A stretch of DNA of 64,000 nt. Source: a bacterium. GTDB lineage: Bacteria; Patescibacteriota; Minisyncoccia; JAUYLV01. Positions 28,322-37,714 of the stretch are shown here, piece after piece. The position numbers were made by a program, and so were the translations under genes. The stretch is from assembly GCA_030649025.1 (NCBI GenBank), contig JAUSGO010000004.1:6824-70823 (forward strand), written 5' to 3'. The stretch's first letter is position 1; every line of letters begins with the position of its first letter. Under the pieces are notes generated by a model that searched no databases, was not told the origin of the DNA, and worked only from the letters and a program-made list of their open reading frames with translations.

Positions 28322-28741
28322 TTGAAAATTGAAAGAAGGAAGTTTTTTGAGTGGGACAAGACAACGCAAATGCAACTGAAGCGGGCAACGCTGCCCGGGG
28401 GATACTTGAAGCATTTCATACGGTTATTTCCTGAATCGCCGACGATTGTTGTATTCGAACAGAAGCGTATTAAGGGGTGGGCCTTTGCATTCTTTCACGA
28501 GGGTACGACGGATCTGTTTCTTTTTGTTCACAGACAATACAGAAGACAGGGCGTGGCGACGTTGCTTATTACGGAGGCCATGAAAGACTTTCCGACAATC
28601 ATGCTTGCCAAATGGAATGGGGTGACGGCGCGGTTTTTTCAAAAAATGCACAGAACACATCCTTCGAAAGTGCAGGTCTATGATTGGTGGAAAAGCCTTT
28701 CGAGGTACTCGAAACTTCTTCAACTCACGCCAGCCTCATAG
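28322..28741 (+). CDS. GNAT-family acetyltransferase-like protein
   Basis: Motif A-like FVHRQYRRQGVATLLITEAMK; TTG start. Confidence 0.5.
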   Translation: MKIERRKFFEWDKTTQMQLKRATLPGGYLKHFIRLFPESPTIVVFEQKRIKGWAFAFFHEGTTDLFLFVHRQYRRQGVATLLITEAMKDFPTIMLAKWNGVTARFFQKMHRTHPSKVQVYDWWKSLSRYSKLLQLTPAS

Positions 28742-28806
28742 CCCGCCGTCTACCCGGCGGTTTTTTGTTTGTCTCCGGTGCGGATTCCTGGTATGCTAAA
28801 AAATGC

Positions 28807-29910
28807 ATGAAACAAAAAATAAAAGTCGGCATTATTTTTGGTGGCAAATCAGCAGAACACGAAGTGTCTTTGCAGTCTGCAAAAAATATCATTGCGGCTC
28901 TCGACAAGGAGAAGTATGAATCGGTGCTTGTGGGCATTGATAAAGAGGGCCGGTGGCACCTTGCCGATGATTCTGAATTTCTGCTTCATGCCGAAGATCC
29001 AAAGCTTATTGCGCTGAATAAATCAGCCGCTACCCCTCTTACCGTTTCTCCCGGAGACGGCAAGCGGGGCCTCGTTGCCTTTCCTCTCAGGAAGGATGGA
29101 GAAGGATCCATTGATGTATTGTTCCCCGTGCTTCACGGGCCGTTCGGGGAAGATGGAACCGTGCAGGGGTTGTTGAAACTTCTCGACGTGCCCTTCGTTG
29201 GCGCTGGTGTTTTGGGTTCTGCCGTGGGCATGGATAAGGATGTTGCAAAGCGGCTTTTTCGAGACGCGGGAATTCCTACGGCAAAATTTATTGCATACCG
29301 CGCATCCGGCGGGATTCCTGATTTTGACGAGGTGGAAAAACTGGTCGGTCTGCCTCTTTTTGTAAAACCGGCAAATCTCGGCTCTTCCGTGGGCATCCAT
29401 AAGGTAAAGAACAAAAACGAATTTACCCGGGCATGCCAGGACGCGTTCCAGTATGACGAAAAGATCCTTGTCGAAGAATTTATCAATGGACGGGAAATAG
29501 AATGCGCAGTTTTGGGCAATGATGACCCGATAGCGTCGCTTCCGGGAGAGGTGATACCGCGGCACGAATTTTATTCCTACGAGGCCAAATATATCGACGA
29601 GCAGGGCGCAACCCTGCAAATTCCTGTAAAACTTCCGCCCGCTGTTGTAAAAAAAATCCAGCAGTTGGCTCTGCGAGCTTTTAAGGCGCTGTGTTTAGAA
29701 GGTATGGCGCGCGTGGATTTCTTTTTGAGAAATGGCACCGAAGCGCTTATAAACGAGGTGAATACCATCCCGGGTTTTACCAATATCAGCATGTATCCGA
29801 AATTGTGGGAGGCAAGCGGCCTCTCATATGCGAAACTCATTGATAAATTAATCGAGCTTGCCATGGAGAGGCATGAGAAAGAGAAAAAACTAAAAACATC
29901 CGTTGGGTGA
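28807..29910 (+). CDS. ddl: D-alanine--D-alanine ligase
   Basis: MKQKIKVGIIFGGKSAEHEVSLQSAKNIIAALD and an ATP-grasp core; 367 aa. Confidence 0.92.
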   Translation: MKQKIKVGIIFGGKSAEHEVSLQSAKNIIAALDKEKYESVLVGIDKEGRWHLADDSEFLLHAEDPKLIALNKSAATPLTVSPGDGKRGLVAFPLRKDGEGSIDVLFPVLHGPFGEDGTVQGLLKLLDVPFVGAGVLGSAVGMDKDVAKRLFRDAGIPTAKFIAYRASGGIPDFDEVEKLVGLPLFVKPANLGSSVGIHKVKNKNEFTRACQDAFQYDEKILVEEFINGREIECAVLGNDDPIASLPGEVIPRHEFYSYEAKYIDEQGATLQIPVKLPPAVVKKIQQLALRAFKALCLEGMARVDFFLRNGTEALINEVNTIPGFTNISMYPKLWEASGLSYAKLIDKLIELAMERHEKEKKLKTSVG

Positions 29911-29923
29911 TGCGGCATACGCC

Positions 29924-29952
29924 TTCAAGGAAGCGAAAGAGCGTGCGAGCGT
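29924..29952 (+). terminator. rho-independent terminator after ddl
   Basis: 8-bp stem (with one G-U pair), loop tgcgag, then tttgtttcttttgg. Confidence 0.5.
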
Positions 29953-30040
29953 TCTTTTTTGTTTCTTTTGGCGCCGCCTTGACGGGGCATCATGGTAAGA
30001 GTATGATAAGTATGAAATATCATTCACTAAGCATTCCCCT

Positions 30041-30361
30041 ATGAAGCTCGATAAAGCGTTCTTAGAGCGCGCAAAAAAACTGCATAACCAAGACCGGCTT
30101 TACGGAACGACCACGATGGGTGCACGGGGGCAGGTGGTCATTCCCGCAAAAGCCCGGGCGGATTTCAAGTTGAAGGCCGGAGATCAACTGCTCGTTCTTG
30201 GGAAGTTCGGCAAGGTTTTGGCGTTCATGAAAGCGGATCAGATGGAAGAGTTCGTTAATATGATCATGGATCATGTTGCGGGCACTTCTGCGGAGTCTTT
30301 AGCCAAAACACACATCACAAAGTTATTCGGCTCGCTTAAAAAATCTAAGAAAAATTCATAA
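30041..30361 (+). CDS. AbrB/MazE/SpoVT-family DNA-binding protein
   Basis: TTTMGARGQVVIPAKARADFKLKAGDQLLV, the swapped-hairpin pattern. Putative promoter TTGACG-17-TATGAT at about 29979-30007. Confidence 0.6.
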   Translation: MKLDKAFLERAKKLHNQDRLYGTTTMGARGQVVIPAKARADFKLKAGDQLLVLGKFGKVLAFMKADQMEEFVNMIMDHVAGTSAESLAKTHITKLFGSLKKSKKNS

Positions 30362-30364
30362 TAT

Positions 30365-31915
30365 ATGAAGCTACGTACAAAAATCGTTCTGGGAATTATT
30401 GTTGTCACAACTATCGGCGGCATTTCATACCGTCTTATTTGGGGCGGGAACGCCGCCGGCAATATCCAGACCGACTGGGTGAAAAAACAAAACCTGCGAT
30501 CCACGGTGCTTACCACGGGACAGGTTGTCTCTTCAACGGACCTTGCTTTGGGCTTCAAGGCAAGCGGTGTTGTAAAGAAGATTTCGGTCAGAGAGGGCGA
30601 TGTGGTGAAAGAGGGAGAAACTCTGGCCATGCTTGATCAAACCGATGCCTATGCTTCTTTAACGTCCGCCCAAGGAAGCCTCGCGCAGGCCAAAGCTAAT
30701 TACGACAAGGTGCTTGCCGGTGCCTCGAGCGAGGCGATAGCGGTTGCAGAAAAAGCGGTTGAGGCGTCCCAGGTTGCACTGGATAATGCAAACACGAACC
30801 TTCAGAGCATCAAGGCTACACAGGAGACCGCCGTGGTTAATGCTTATGCCACACTGCTTAATACGTCTTTTTCGGCGGTGGCGGGTTCCGGCAATCTGGA
30901 TAACGTTGTTCCCACCATTACCGGCACCTACATTGGTTTGCAGGAAGGAATATATCAGATCAGTCTTTTAAACAGCGGCAACGGTCTTCGTTTTCAAACT
31001 CAGGGACTTGAAAGTTCTTCGGGCGATGTAAAAACAACGCCGGTTTTTATGGGCACGAAGGGTCTCTACATCACGTTCGCATCGACCCCATCCATCGCAG
31101 ACACCTGGACCGTGAACATTCCAAATACTTATGCCTCTGCTTATGTTTCCAACAACAATGCCTATCAAGCAGCGCTAAAAGCGCGCGAAAGCGCCATAGC
31201 GAGTGCTCAGGCGCAGGTGAGTTCCGCCCAGGCAGCTCTGCTTCAGGCTCAAGCGTCCGAAGCTTCTACGCGTGCCCAAGCGCGGCCGGCCGATATTGCG
31301 GTTGCAAAAGCACAAATACTTTCTGCGGAAGGTCAGGTGAAGACCGCACAAGCTCTTGTGGAGAATACGACACTGAAAGCTCCGGCGGACGGTACGATAA
31401 CCCAGGTGGATATCAAGGTGGGCGAACAGACTACGGCATTGAAGGAGATTATTGTGTTGCAAGATGTGGGAAATTTGCATGTAGAGGCGAATGTCTCTGA
31501 GGCGTCGATTGCATCGCTCAAATCCGGTCAAGACGCGGATCTTACGTTTGATGCGCTGGGTCCGGACCGGCATTTTGCAGGGAAGGTAGAAAGCATTAAT
31601 CCGGCCTCCGTGGTCATTTCGGGCGTGGTGAACTATAAGATCACGGCAAGCTTTGAACCCATTCCCGACATCAGGCCCGGCATGACGGCCAACATGACCA
31701 TTCTTGCCGCGAAGAAAGAAGGAGTCCTTGCCGTGCCGCAGCGCGCGGTCATCAGCAAGGACGGTAAAAAATTCGTTCGGGTCATTGATGACGCAAAGAG
31801 GAAGGCCTATCACGAAACAGAGGTGGGAACGGGACTTGAGGCGGATGGCGGGCTTGTTGAAATAATCTTTGGTCTTTCGGAGGGGCAGGAAGTGGTGACA
31901 TATATCAAGGCATAA
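30365..31915 (+). CDS. HlyD-family membrane fusion/periplasmic adaptor protein (MacA/YknX-like)
   Basis: N-terminal TM, biotinyl-lipoyl-like hairpin, long coiled coil, beta-barrel C-terminus; precedes the ABC ATPase and FtsX permeases. Confidence 0.8.
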   Translation: MKLRTKIVLGIIVVTTIGGISYRLIWGGNAAGNIQTDWVKKQNLRSTVLTTGQVVSSTDLALGFKASGVVKKISVREGDVVKEGETLAMLDQTDAYASLTSAQGSLAQAKANYDKVLAGASSEAIAVAEKAVEASQVALDNANTNLQSIKATQETAVVNAYATLLNTSFSAVAGSGNLDNVVPTITGTYIGLQEGIYQISLLNSGNGLRFQTQGLESSSGDVKTTPVFMGTKGLYITFASTPSIADTWTVNIPNTYASAYVSNNNAYQAALKARESAIASAQAQVSSAQAALLQAQASEASTRAQARPADIAVAKAQILSAEGQVKTAQALVENTTLKAPADGTITQVDIKVGEQTTALKEIIVLQDVGNLHVEANVSEASIASLKSGQDADLTFDALGPDRHFAGKVESINPASVVISGVVNYKITASFEPIPDIRPGMTANMTILAAKKEGVLAVPQRAVISKDGKKFVRVIDDAKRKAYHETEVGTGLEADGGLVEIIFGLSEGQEVVTYIKA

Positions 31916-31916
31916 T

Positions 31917-32633
31917 ATGCATTTGATCCGGGTAGAAAAATTGATGAAGGATTACACGAATGAAGATGTGGTAACGCAAGTGCTGCGCGGGATTGATTTT
32001 ATCGTGGAGCCCGGCGAGTTCGTTGCCATTATGGGGCCGAGCGGCTCCGGAAAGTCTACGCTCATGCATATTTTAAGTTTTCTGGACCGGCCGACCTCGG
32101 GGTTTTTTGAGTTCGAAGGCAAGGATACAAAAGATTTTTCCGATGAGTATCTGGCCGAGCTTCGGAATGAGCGCGTTGGATTTGTATTCCAGTCATTCAA
32201 TTTACTTAGCCGGACCACGGTGCTGGACAATGTGAAGCTGCCTCTTATCTATAGTAAGAAGAAAGAACAGGACCGGCTTGCCAAGGAAGCGCTTGAGGCA
32301 GTCGGCCTTTCGCATCGGCTCGATTATTTCACCAATCAGATCTCCGGCGGCGAAAAACAGCGCGTGGCCATTGCCCGGGCTTTGGTGTGCGATCCGGCGG
32401 TTATATTCGCCGATGAGCCGACGGGAAACCTGGATTCAAAATCGGGACATTCCATCATGCGCATTTTACAGGAGTTGAATGCACAGGGGCGCACCATTAT
32501 CCTTGTCACTCACGAAACCGACACGGCAAACCACGCAAAACGCGTCATTCGCATCAGGGATGGCGCGATAATTTCGGACGAACCGGTCAAAATTCGGACC
32601 ATGGCTACGGCGGAAAGCGAATTAACGAAATAA
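31917..32633 (+). CDS. ABC transporter ATP-binding protein (MacB/LolD type)
   Basis: Walker [15 protein letters not shown], signature [15 protein letters not shown], Walker [12 protein letters not shown]. Confidence 0.9.
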   Translation: MHLIRVEKLMKDYTNEDVVTQVLRGIDFIVEPGEFVAIMGPSGSGKSTLMHILSFLDRPTSGFFEFEGKDTKDFSDEYLAELRNERVGFVFQSFNLLSRTTVLDNVKLPLIYSKKKEQDRLAKEALEAVGLSHRLDYFTNQISGGEKQRVAIARALVCDPAVIFADEPTGNLDSKSGHSIMRILQELNAQGRTIILVTHETDTANHAKRVIRIRDGAIISDEPVKIRTMATAESELTK

Positions 32634-32634
32634 A

Positions 32635-33906
32635 ATGAGCTTTCTCTCCACCATAAAACTGGTTGTCCGCACACTGCTCGCCCGCAAGGGGCGTTCTTTT
32701 CTTACGATCCTGGGCATCATCATCGGTGTCGGCGGGGTCATAACCATCATCGCGCTGGGAGCCGGGGCGCAAAGCCTGGTGCTGGGACAGGTGACGAAAC
32801 TCGGGACCAATCTTCTCTATGTTCAGCCCTGGACCGGAAGCGAGAACGGTCCTCCTTCCACCGTGTTCGGCGTGGTCATAACCACCCTGACCAACGAAGA
32901 TGCCGATGCTCTGCGCGATAAGGGACGCGTGCCACATGCCGTGGCAGTCAACCCATCGGTACAGGGTACGGCCACAATCACCTGGGGCACCGCAAACGTA
33001 GATACCAATTTTACCGCAACGGATTTCAACTATCCTGTAGGCGTCAACTTTACTATGCGCGAAGGGAGATTTTTCAGCGAGCAGGAAGATCGGGGCGATG
33101 CCAACGTTATTGTATTGGGCAGCACCGTGGCAGAAGAGCTTTTTGGCGGCACCGGAATAGACCCGGTGGGGCAGACAGTGAAGGCAAAAACCGCTTCGCA
33201 AAAAGAACCGGGCGGCATACCCTTGCGCGTTTCGGGCGTTATCAATTCTCGGGGAAGCTCCTTTTTCCAGGATCAGGACGATATGGTGTTCATGCCCCTG
33301 GGCATCGGGCAAAAACAGATGCTTGGCATCCGGTATCTGCAGGGCATCGGTATCAAAGTAGATTCGGCCGATACGGTCTCTTCAACGGCGGCGGATATAA
33401 CACAAGTGCTGAAAGAAAGACATCGTATCAAGGAAGATGTAGATCTGGATTTTATCATTCGCAACCAGGCGGAAGCCATCAACATTTTAAGCACCATTAC
33501 CAATGCGCTAAAACTTTTCCTAGTCTCCATGGCGGGGATCGCTTTGGTTGTTGCCGGAATCGGCATTTTAAACATCATGCTTGTGACAGTTGCCGAGCGC
33601 ACGCGTGAAATTGGGCTCCGCAAGGCCGTGGGCGCTACGAACGCCGCTATCCGAAACCAGTTTTTATTTGAGGCCGGTACCTTGACGCTTCTTGGCGGAA
33701 TGTTCGGGATCGTGGGAGGGGTTGTTGTCTCGTATCTTGCGGCTATCATCATGCGCTCTTTAGACTACGACTGGGCTTTTGTCATCTCGCCGTCGTCGGT
33801 GGTGCTGGCAGTGGGCGTTTCCATTCTCACCGGTGTCGTGTTCGGCCTGTACCCGGCCCTCAAGGCATCTCGGCTCAATCCGATAGATGCGTTGAGATAT
33901 GAATAA
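32635..33906 (+). CDS. ABC transporter permease, FtsX/MacB-like with a large extracytoplasmic domain
   Basis: N-terminal TM, periplasmic domain, C-terminal FtsX 3-TM bundle. Confidence 0.85.
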   Translation: MSFLSTIKLVVRTLLARKGRSFLTILGIIIGVGGVITIIALGAGAQSLVLGQVTKLGTNLLYVQPWTGSENGPPSTVFGVVITTLTNEDADALRDKGRVPHAVAVNPSVQGTATITWGTANVDTNFTATDFNYPVGVNFTMREGRFFSEQEDRGDANVIVLGSTVAEELFGGTGIDPVGQTVKAKTASQKEPGGIPLRVSGVINSRGSSFFQDQDDMVFMPLGIGQKQMLGIRYLQGIGIKVDSADTVSSTAADITQVLKERHRIKEDVDLDFIIRNQAEAINILSTITNALKLFLVSMAGIALVVAGIGILNIMLVTVAERTREIGLRKAVGATNAAIRNQFLFEAGTLTLLGGMFGIVGGVVVSYLAAIIMRSLDYDWAFVISPSSVVLAVGVSILTGVVFGLYPALKASRLNPIDALRYE

Positions 33907-33912
33907 TGGTAT

Positions 33913-35169
33913 ATGTTGAAAGCGCTGAAACAATCTATAAAGGCCCTGAGGTCAAATTCCGTACGCACGGTACTCACAACGCTTGGCATCGTTATTGGTA
34001 TTGCTACCGTCATTTTAGTGCTCTCGGCCGGGGCTGGTTTTCGAGGATTGGTGAATAACGAGATTGCTTCGCTTGGCACCAACACCCTGGTCATCGCAAC
34101 AAAAGTTCCGCCTACTACCAAGAATCGGGCCTCGGCTTCGGGGCTTGGTCCGGGCAGCGGGAATTTTAATGAAACGGTGGCCGTCACTTCGTTCAAGTTG
34201 CGCGACCTTGACGACATAAAGCGTCTGCCAAATGTGGCAGACGCATACGGTATTGTTGTGGGGCAGGGAACGGCAAGTTACCGCAATAATAAAAAAAGCG
34301 CCATGTATATCGGCGCGGGCGCTTCCAGGTTCAACATCGATAAAGGGACTCTCGGCGAAGGCCGTTTTTATACCGATGGAGAGGACGTGGGAGCGGCGCA
34401 GGTAGCGGTGCTCGGTTCCTCCATGGCGAGAGAACTTTTTGGGCAAGATCTGCCTCTGGGGAAATATTTGCGCCTGGGTTCTCTTAATTTCCAGGTGATC
34501 GGCGTGTATAATTCGAGGGGCGGAGTTGGTCCGGGCAATGATGATGCCATATTCATTCCTCTCATAACCGCGCAAAAGAAGATGCTTGGCATTGACCATA
34601 TTGCGCGGGCGGTGGTGGCAATGCAGGATACGGACCTGTCAGACGCTACGGCGGAGGACATCCGACTGGTATTGCGCCATAACCACGATATTACGGACAC
34701 CGCAAAGGACGACTTTACGGTGGCAACGCAGGAGGACGTTCTGGCAACGCTCGGTACTGTTTTCAACGGCATCACCATCCTGCTCATTGCCATTGCGGCC
34801 ATTTCCCTTGTCGTCGGCGGGGTCGGTATTATGAATATTATGTACGTGGTGGTAACGGAGCGCACGGCGGAGATCGGCCTCAAAAAAGCCATTGGAGCAA
34901 AGAACGGCGACATCTTGAACGAATTTCTTATTGAATCGGTTCTGGTGACGGTGCTGGGCGGCATTATCGGCATATTTCTGGGTGCGTTTCTTGCGTGGCT
35001 TGTTTCCGTTATTGCATCCGCCAATAATCTTACCTGGGCTTTTACCGTGCCCCTTTATGCCATCGGTATCGGCGTTGGAGTTTCGGCAACCATCGGTATA
35101 AGCTTCGGAGTGCTGCCCGCCAGAAGTGCCGCAAAACTTGATCCGGTAGAAGCGCTGCGGTACGAGTGA
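33913..35169 (+). CDS. second FtsX/MacB-like ABC transporter permease
   Basis: Paralog of the previous gene with the same architecture. Confidence 0.85.
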   Translation: MLKALKQSIKALRSNSVRTVLTTLGIVIGIATVILVLSAGAGFRGLVNNEIASLGTNTLVIATKVPPTTKNRASASGLGPGSGNFNETVAVTSFKLRDLDDIKRLPNVADAYGIVVGQGTASYRNNKKSAMYIGAGASRFNIDKGTLGEGRFYTDGEDVGAAQVAVLGSSMARELFGQDLPLGKYLRLGSLNFQVIGVYNSRGGVGPGNDDAIFIPLITAQKKMLGIDHIARAVVAMQDTDLSDATAEDIRLVLRHNHDITDTAKDDFTVATQEDVLATLGTVFNGITILLIAIAAISLVVGGVGIMNIMYVVVTERTAEIGLKKAIGAKNGDILNEFLIESVLVTVLGGIIGIFLGAFLAWLVSVIASANNLTWAFTVPLYAIGIGVGVSATIGISFGVLPARSAAKLDPVEALRYE

Positions 35170-35205
35170 TTTTCTTTTTGCCATAAGCGTTTGAATAGCA
35201 AAAAA

Positions 35206-35236
35206 AACGGCACCGCATAAGTGCCGCTCATTTTTT
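35206..35236. terminator. bidirectional rho-independent terminator (aaaaaaaa-cggcaccgcataagtgccg-ctcatttttt)
   Basis: 6-bp GC stem flanked by an A-run and a T-run. Confidence 0.6.
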
Positions 35237-35252
35237 CCTTGTTGCCTAAAGG

Positions 35253-35513
35253 CTACGAGGACTTTTTTGTTCTTCTGAAGCCCAACAATCCCGGATATTT
35301 TTGAAGAAAAGCCTCAACCTTTTTCTTGGTGGTCTGGACAACGATGCGCCGCCCTCTTTCTCCACGCGACCGGTCGGGTTGCATACCATGTTCGACAACT
35401 CTGATGCCGTTATTCCGAAGCAATCCCTCGGCAGTTCCGGGCATCATTCTGGCGGTGTTCCAATAAGCCCCAAAGCGCAATCCAGTAGTTCTGGCCATCA
35501 TCTCTCCCTTCAA
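35253..35513 (-). CDS. hypothetical small basic protein
   Basis: 86-aa ORF; no family recognised. Confidence 0.3.
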   Translation of the reverse strand: MKGEMMARTTGLRFGAYWNTARMMPGTAEGLLRNNGIRVVEHGMQPDRSRGERGRRIVVQTTKKKVEAFLQKYPGLLGFRRTKKSS

Positions 35514-35684
35514 GTAGTTTTTCTAGAATTTTCCTGTTCTCAAACAACAAGATAGTATAGAGCACACAGAGATTTTTGCAATAGAGCGATGGATTCATTT
35601 GACACGGACACCCCGATTCATATAAAATAAATATTCTCAAACGAGAAGAGTTCTTTAAGAATAATTTAATAGAAGGAGGGCTTT

Positions 35685-36680
35685 ATGAGGGGTCGCGTCA
35701 GGGTTTTCCTGTTTTTGCTGTTATGTGTTCCGCAAGCCAGCCTTGCCTATGATAGTTGCGATGCCATCTTGTCCGAAGCAGACATCCGTTCCACCGTGGA
35801 CATTCTTGCTCATCCGGCGCTTGCTGGCCGCGGAACTGGTCAGCGGGGGTTTTATGTTGCAGGACTCTTTCTTGCCCGGGAATTGCGCAATGCCGGATTT
35901 ATGCCGTTGCCGAATAACACCGAAGGATATTTTCAAACGTTTAGAGCGTATACCGGAGCGAAGGCCGGCGGAGAAATATCACGAAATGTTATCGGCTATC
36001 TCCCGGGAAAAGTTTCTGGAGAATATGTTATTATCGGCGCCCACTACGACCACCTCGGTGAAGAAATGGGAACAACATATCTTGGTGCCGACGACAATGC
36101 ATCCGGCACCTCAGGAGTCCTTGCAATTGCAAGACAGCTGGGTGCATGTGTCGGCTCCGGGAAAAAGCTTCGCAGAAGCGTCATCGTCGGATTTTGGGGA
36201 GCCGAGGAAATGGGCCTTGTCGGTTCGGAGTATTTTGTCGCAAGCAACATCGTGCCACTCAAAGAGATTGTCACGGTCTTTAATCTCGACATGGTGGGCC
36301 GCAACAACCCGCGACAACTTACAGCCATCGGAGCAGAACGTCCGATAGATTTTCCTCGCGCAAATCCGATACTCGAAAAACTTCTTCAGGAAGAGAACGC
36401 GAAGCTTGTTTTGCCTTTTGCCATCGGGTACGAGGACGGCGGCGTCGGATACTTCAACAGAACCGACAGCTACTCGTTCTTTGACGCCAGTTCTCCGAAA
36501 AACCGCCTTCCCGTTTTGACCCTTACTTCGCTCCTCCACAAGGACTACCACAGGCCGACGGATACTCCGGAAAAAATAGATGCCGGAAAGGTCCGGAACG
36601 TTGCACAACTTTTGTACCAAATCGTCGTGCGTCTTGCGACAAGCGCTCTTCGCCCGGCATATACGACGCAAACACATTAA
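35685..36680 (+). CDS. M28-family zinc aminopeptidase, secreted
   Basis: Signal peptide; HYDHLG...DDNASG...GFWGAEEMGLVGSEYF metal-binding motifs. Confidence 0.85.
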   Translation: MRGRVRVFLFLLLCVPQASLAYDSCDAILSEADIRSTVDILAHPALAGRGTGQRGFYVAGLFLARELRNAGFMPLPNNTEGYFQTFRAYTGAKAGGEISRNVIGYLPGKVSGEYVIIGAHYDHLGEEMGTTYLGADDNASGTSGVLAIARQLGACVGSGKKLRRSVIVGFWGAEEMGLVGSEYFVASNIVPLKEIVTVFNLDMVGRNNPRQLTAIGAERPIDFPRANPILEKLLQEENAKLVLPFAIGYEDGGVGYFNRTDSYSFFDASSPKNRLPVLTLTSLLHKDYHRPTDTPEKIDAGKVRNVAQLLYQIVVRLATSALRPAYTTQTH

Positions 36681-36832
36681 TGCGGGTGGAAAGCACAACA
36701 TAGCCCTCGGTAACGCCGCGGGCTTTTTGATGTTTTGTCCACGCCAGGGCGGGGCTACGAAACGAAACCCCGCACGCAGTTTGCCAGATGTATTGGAACA
36801 TACTTCTGCAAAGACAGAGAACTGCCTTTGTG

Positions 36833-36887
36833 CGCGAAGCGCGTGCGCCGAATAGGCGCATCCCGTTGCGCCCGCAGCGCTTCGCCT
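36833..36887. repeat. GC-rich structured repeat R1 (CGCGAAGCGCG-GCGCCGAATAGGCGC-ATCCC...AGCGCTTCGCC)
   Basis: Shares a ~55-90-nt pattern with 37573-37628. Contains nested hairpins (gcgcc-gaata-ggcgc; gcgaagcgc/gcgcttcgc). Confidence 0.7.
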
Positions 36888-36987
36888 CACAATAAAATTG
36901 CAAACTGTCGTGCTGGGCTGTTGATTTTTTCCGCGCGACGTGCTTAATTAAAGCGAAGTTCTTTTCATTTCACCACGGAGGTGCGCC

Positions 36988-37431
36988 TTGCCCCATAAAT
37001 ACTGGAAGAAGGAAGACGAGAAGGCCGTAAAACTCGCAAGATCTTATCCGGAGCTCTGTACGGTTGCAAAACGCGTTCTTGGGAGAATCGGGGAAGACGT
37101 TTGTTTCGTATGCGGACCCATCACCACGGGCGGCGCCGGATCCGTAAAGAAAAATATCGTTGTATTGAAGCGGCGCATTACACTTCTTCGCAAAGAAGGC
37201 AAAAACGTTTTTGATCAGATGGCGTTTGAAAAAGCGCTTTGGCGTATAGAAAAGCTGGTGAGGGGCTCGGAAAAAGACCTTCTCAATGGATTTTATCGGC
37301 CTCTGTTTGAGCTGGGAAAGATCAAAACATTTTATTTCGTTTTCGGATGGGAGACCTCATACGGGGCGCAGTGGGAATATAACCAGGCACGGCGCCTGGG
37401 CATCCGGACGGTTTTTCTTGGGAAATTATAG
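36988..37431 (+). CDS. hypothetical protein (147 aa) flanked by direct GC-rich structured repeats
   Basis: ORF with CxxC (CFVCGP); no confident family. Confidence 0.45.
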   Translation: MPHKYWKKEDEKAVKLARSYPELCTVAKRVLGRIGEDVCFVCGPITTGGAGSVKKNIVVLKRRITLLRKEGKNVFDQMAFEKALWRIEKLVRGSEKDLLNGFYRPLFELGKIKTFYFVFGWETSYGAQWEYNQARRLGIRTVFLGKL

Positions 37432-37572
37432 ACACGCCGGAAATCACCCTTCTTTAGGAGGGGATTTTTTATTGTTTCGTCTGCCGAATGGCAGCAACGA
37501 AACAATAACCCAGTTCCAATTTTGCCTTTCATTTCTTGCTATACCGCGAATAAAGATTTGCATTTTTTAACA

Positions 37573-37628
37573 CCCGCGAAACGCGGGCGCCGAATAGGCG
37601 CATCCCATCATGCGCGAAGCGCTTCGCC
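37573..37628. repeat. GC-rich structured repeat R2 (CCCGCGAAACGCGG-GCGCCGAATAGGCGC-ATCCC...GCGAAGCGCTTCGCC)
   Basis: Direct repeat of R1 about 740 nt downstream. The conserved core is GCGCCGAATAGGCGCATCCC plus AGCGCTTCGCC. Confidence 0.7.
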
Positions 37629-37714
37629 AATGTTCTGCCACGCAAAATTGGTGCTCGGGTATTTTTTAAGGCAATTTCCAAAACAACTTCTCCCTGCTAC
37701 ACTGGGGTCGTGCT

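Noticed and set aside
36580-36947. ORFs 36580-36855 and 36735-36947 in the GC-rich intergenic tract
   Set aside because: They overlap the hairpin-dense repeat R1, have no start signals or homolog-like sequence, and are more parsimoniously non-coding structured sequence.
36690-36990. RNase P RNA, SRP RNA, tmRNA or 6S RNA in the large non-coding tracts
   Set aside because: None of the universally conserved motifs (P4 AGGAAAGTCCGGGC, SRP domain IV GGAAGCAGCC, tmRNA tag-reading frame with a CCA end) could be recognised by eye. This is left open for a covariance-model search.
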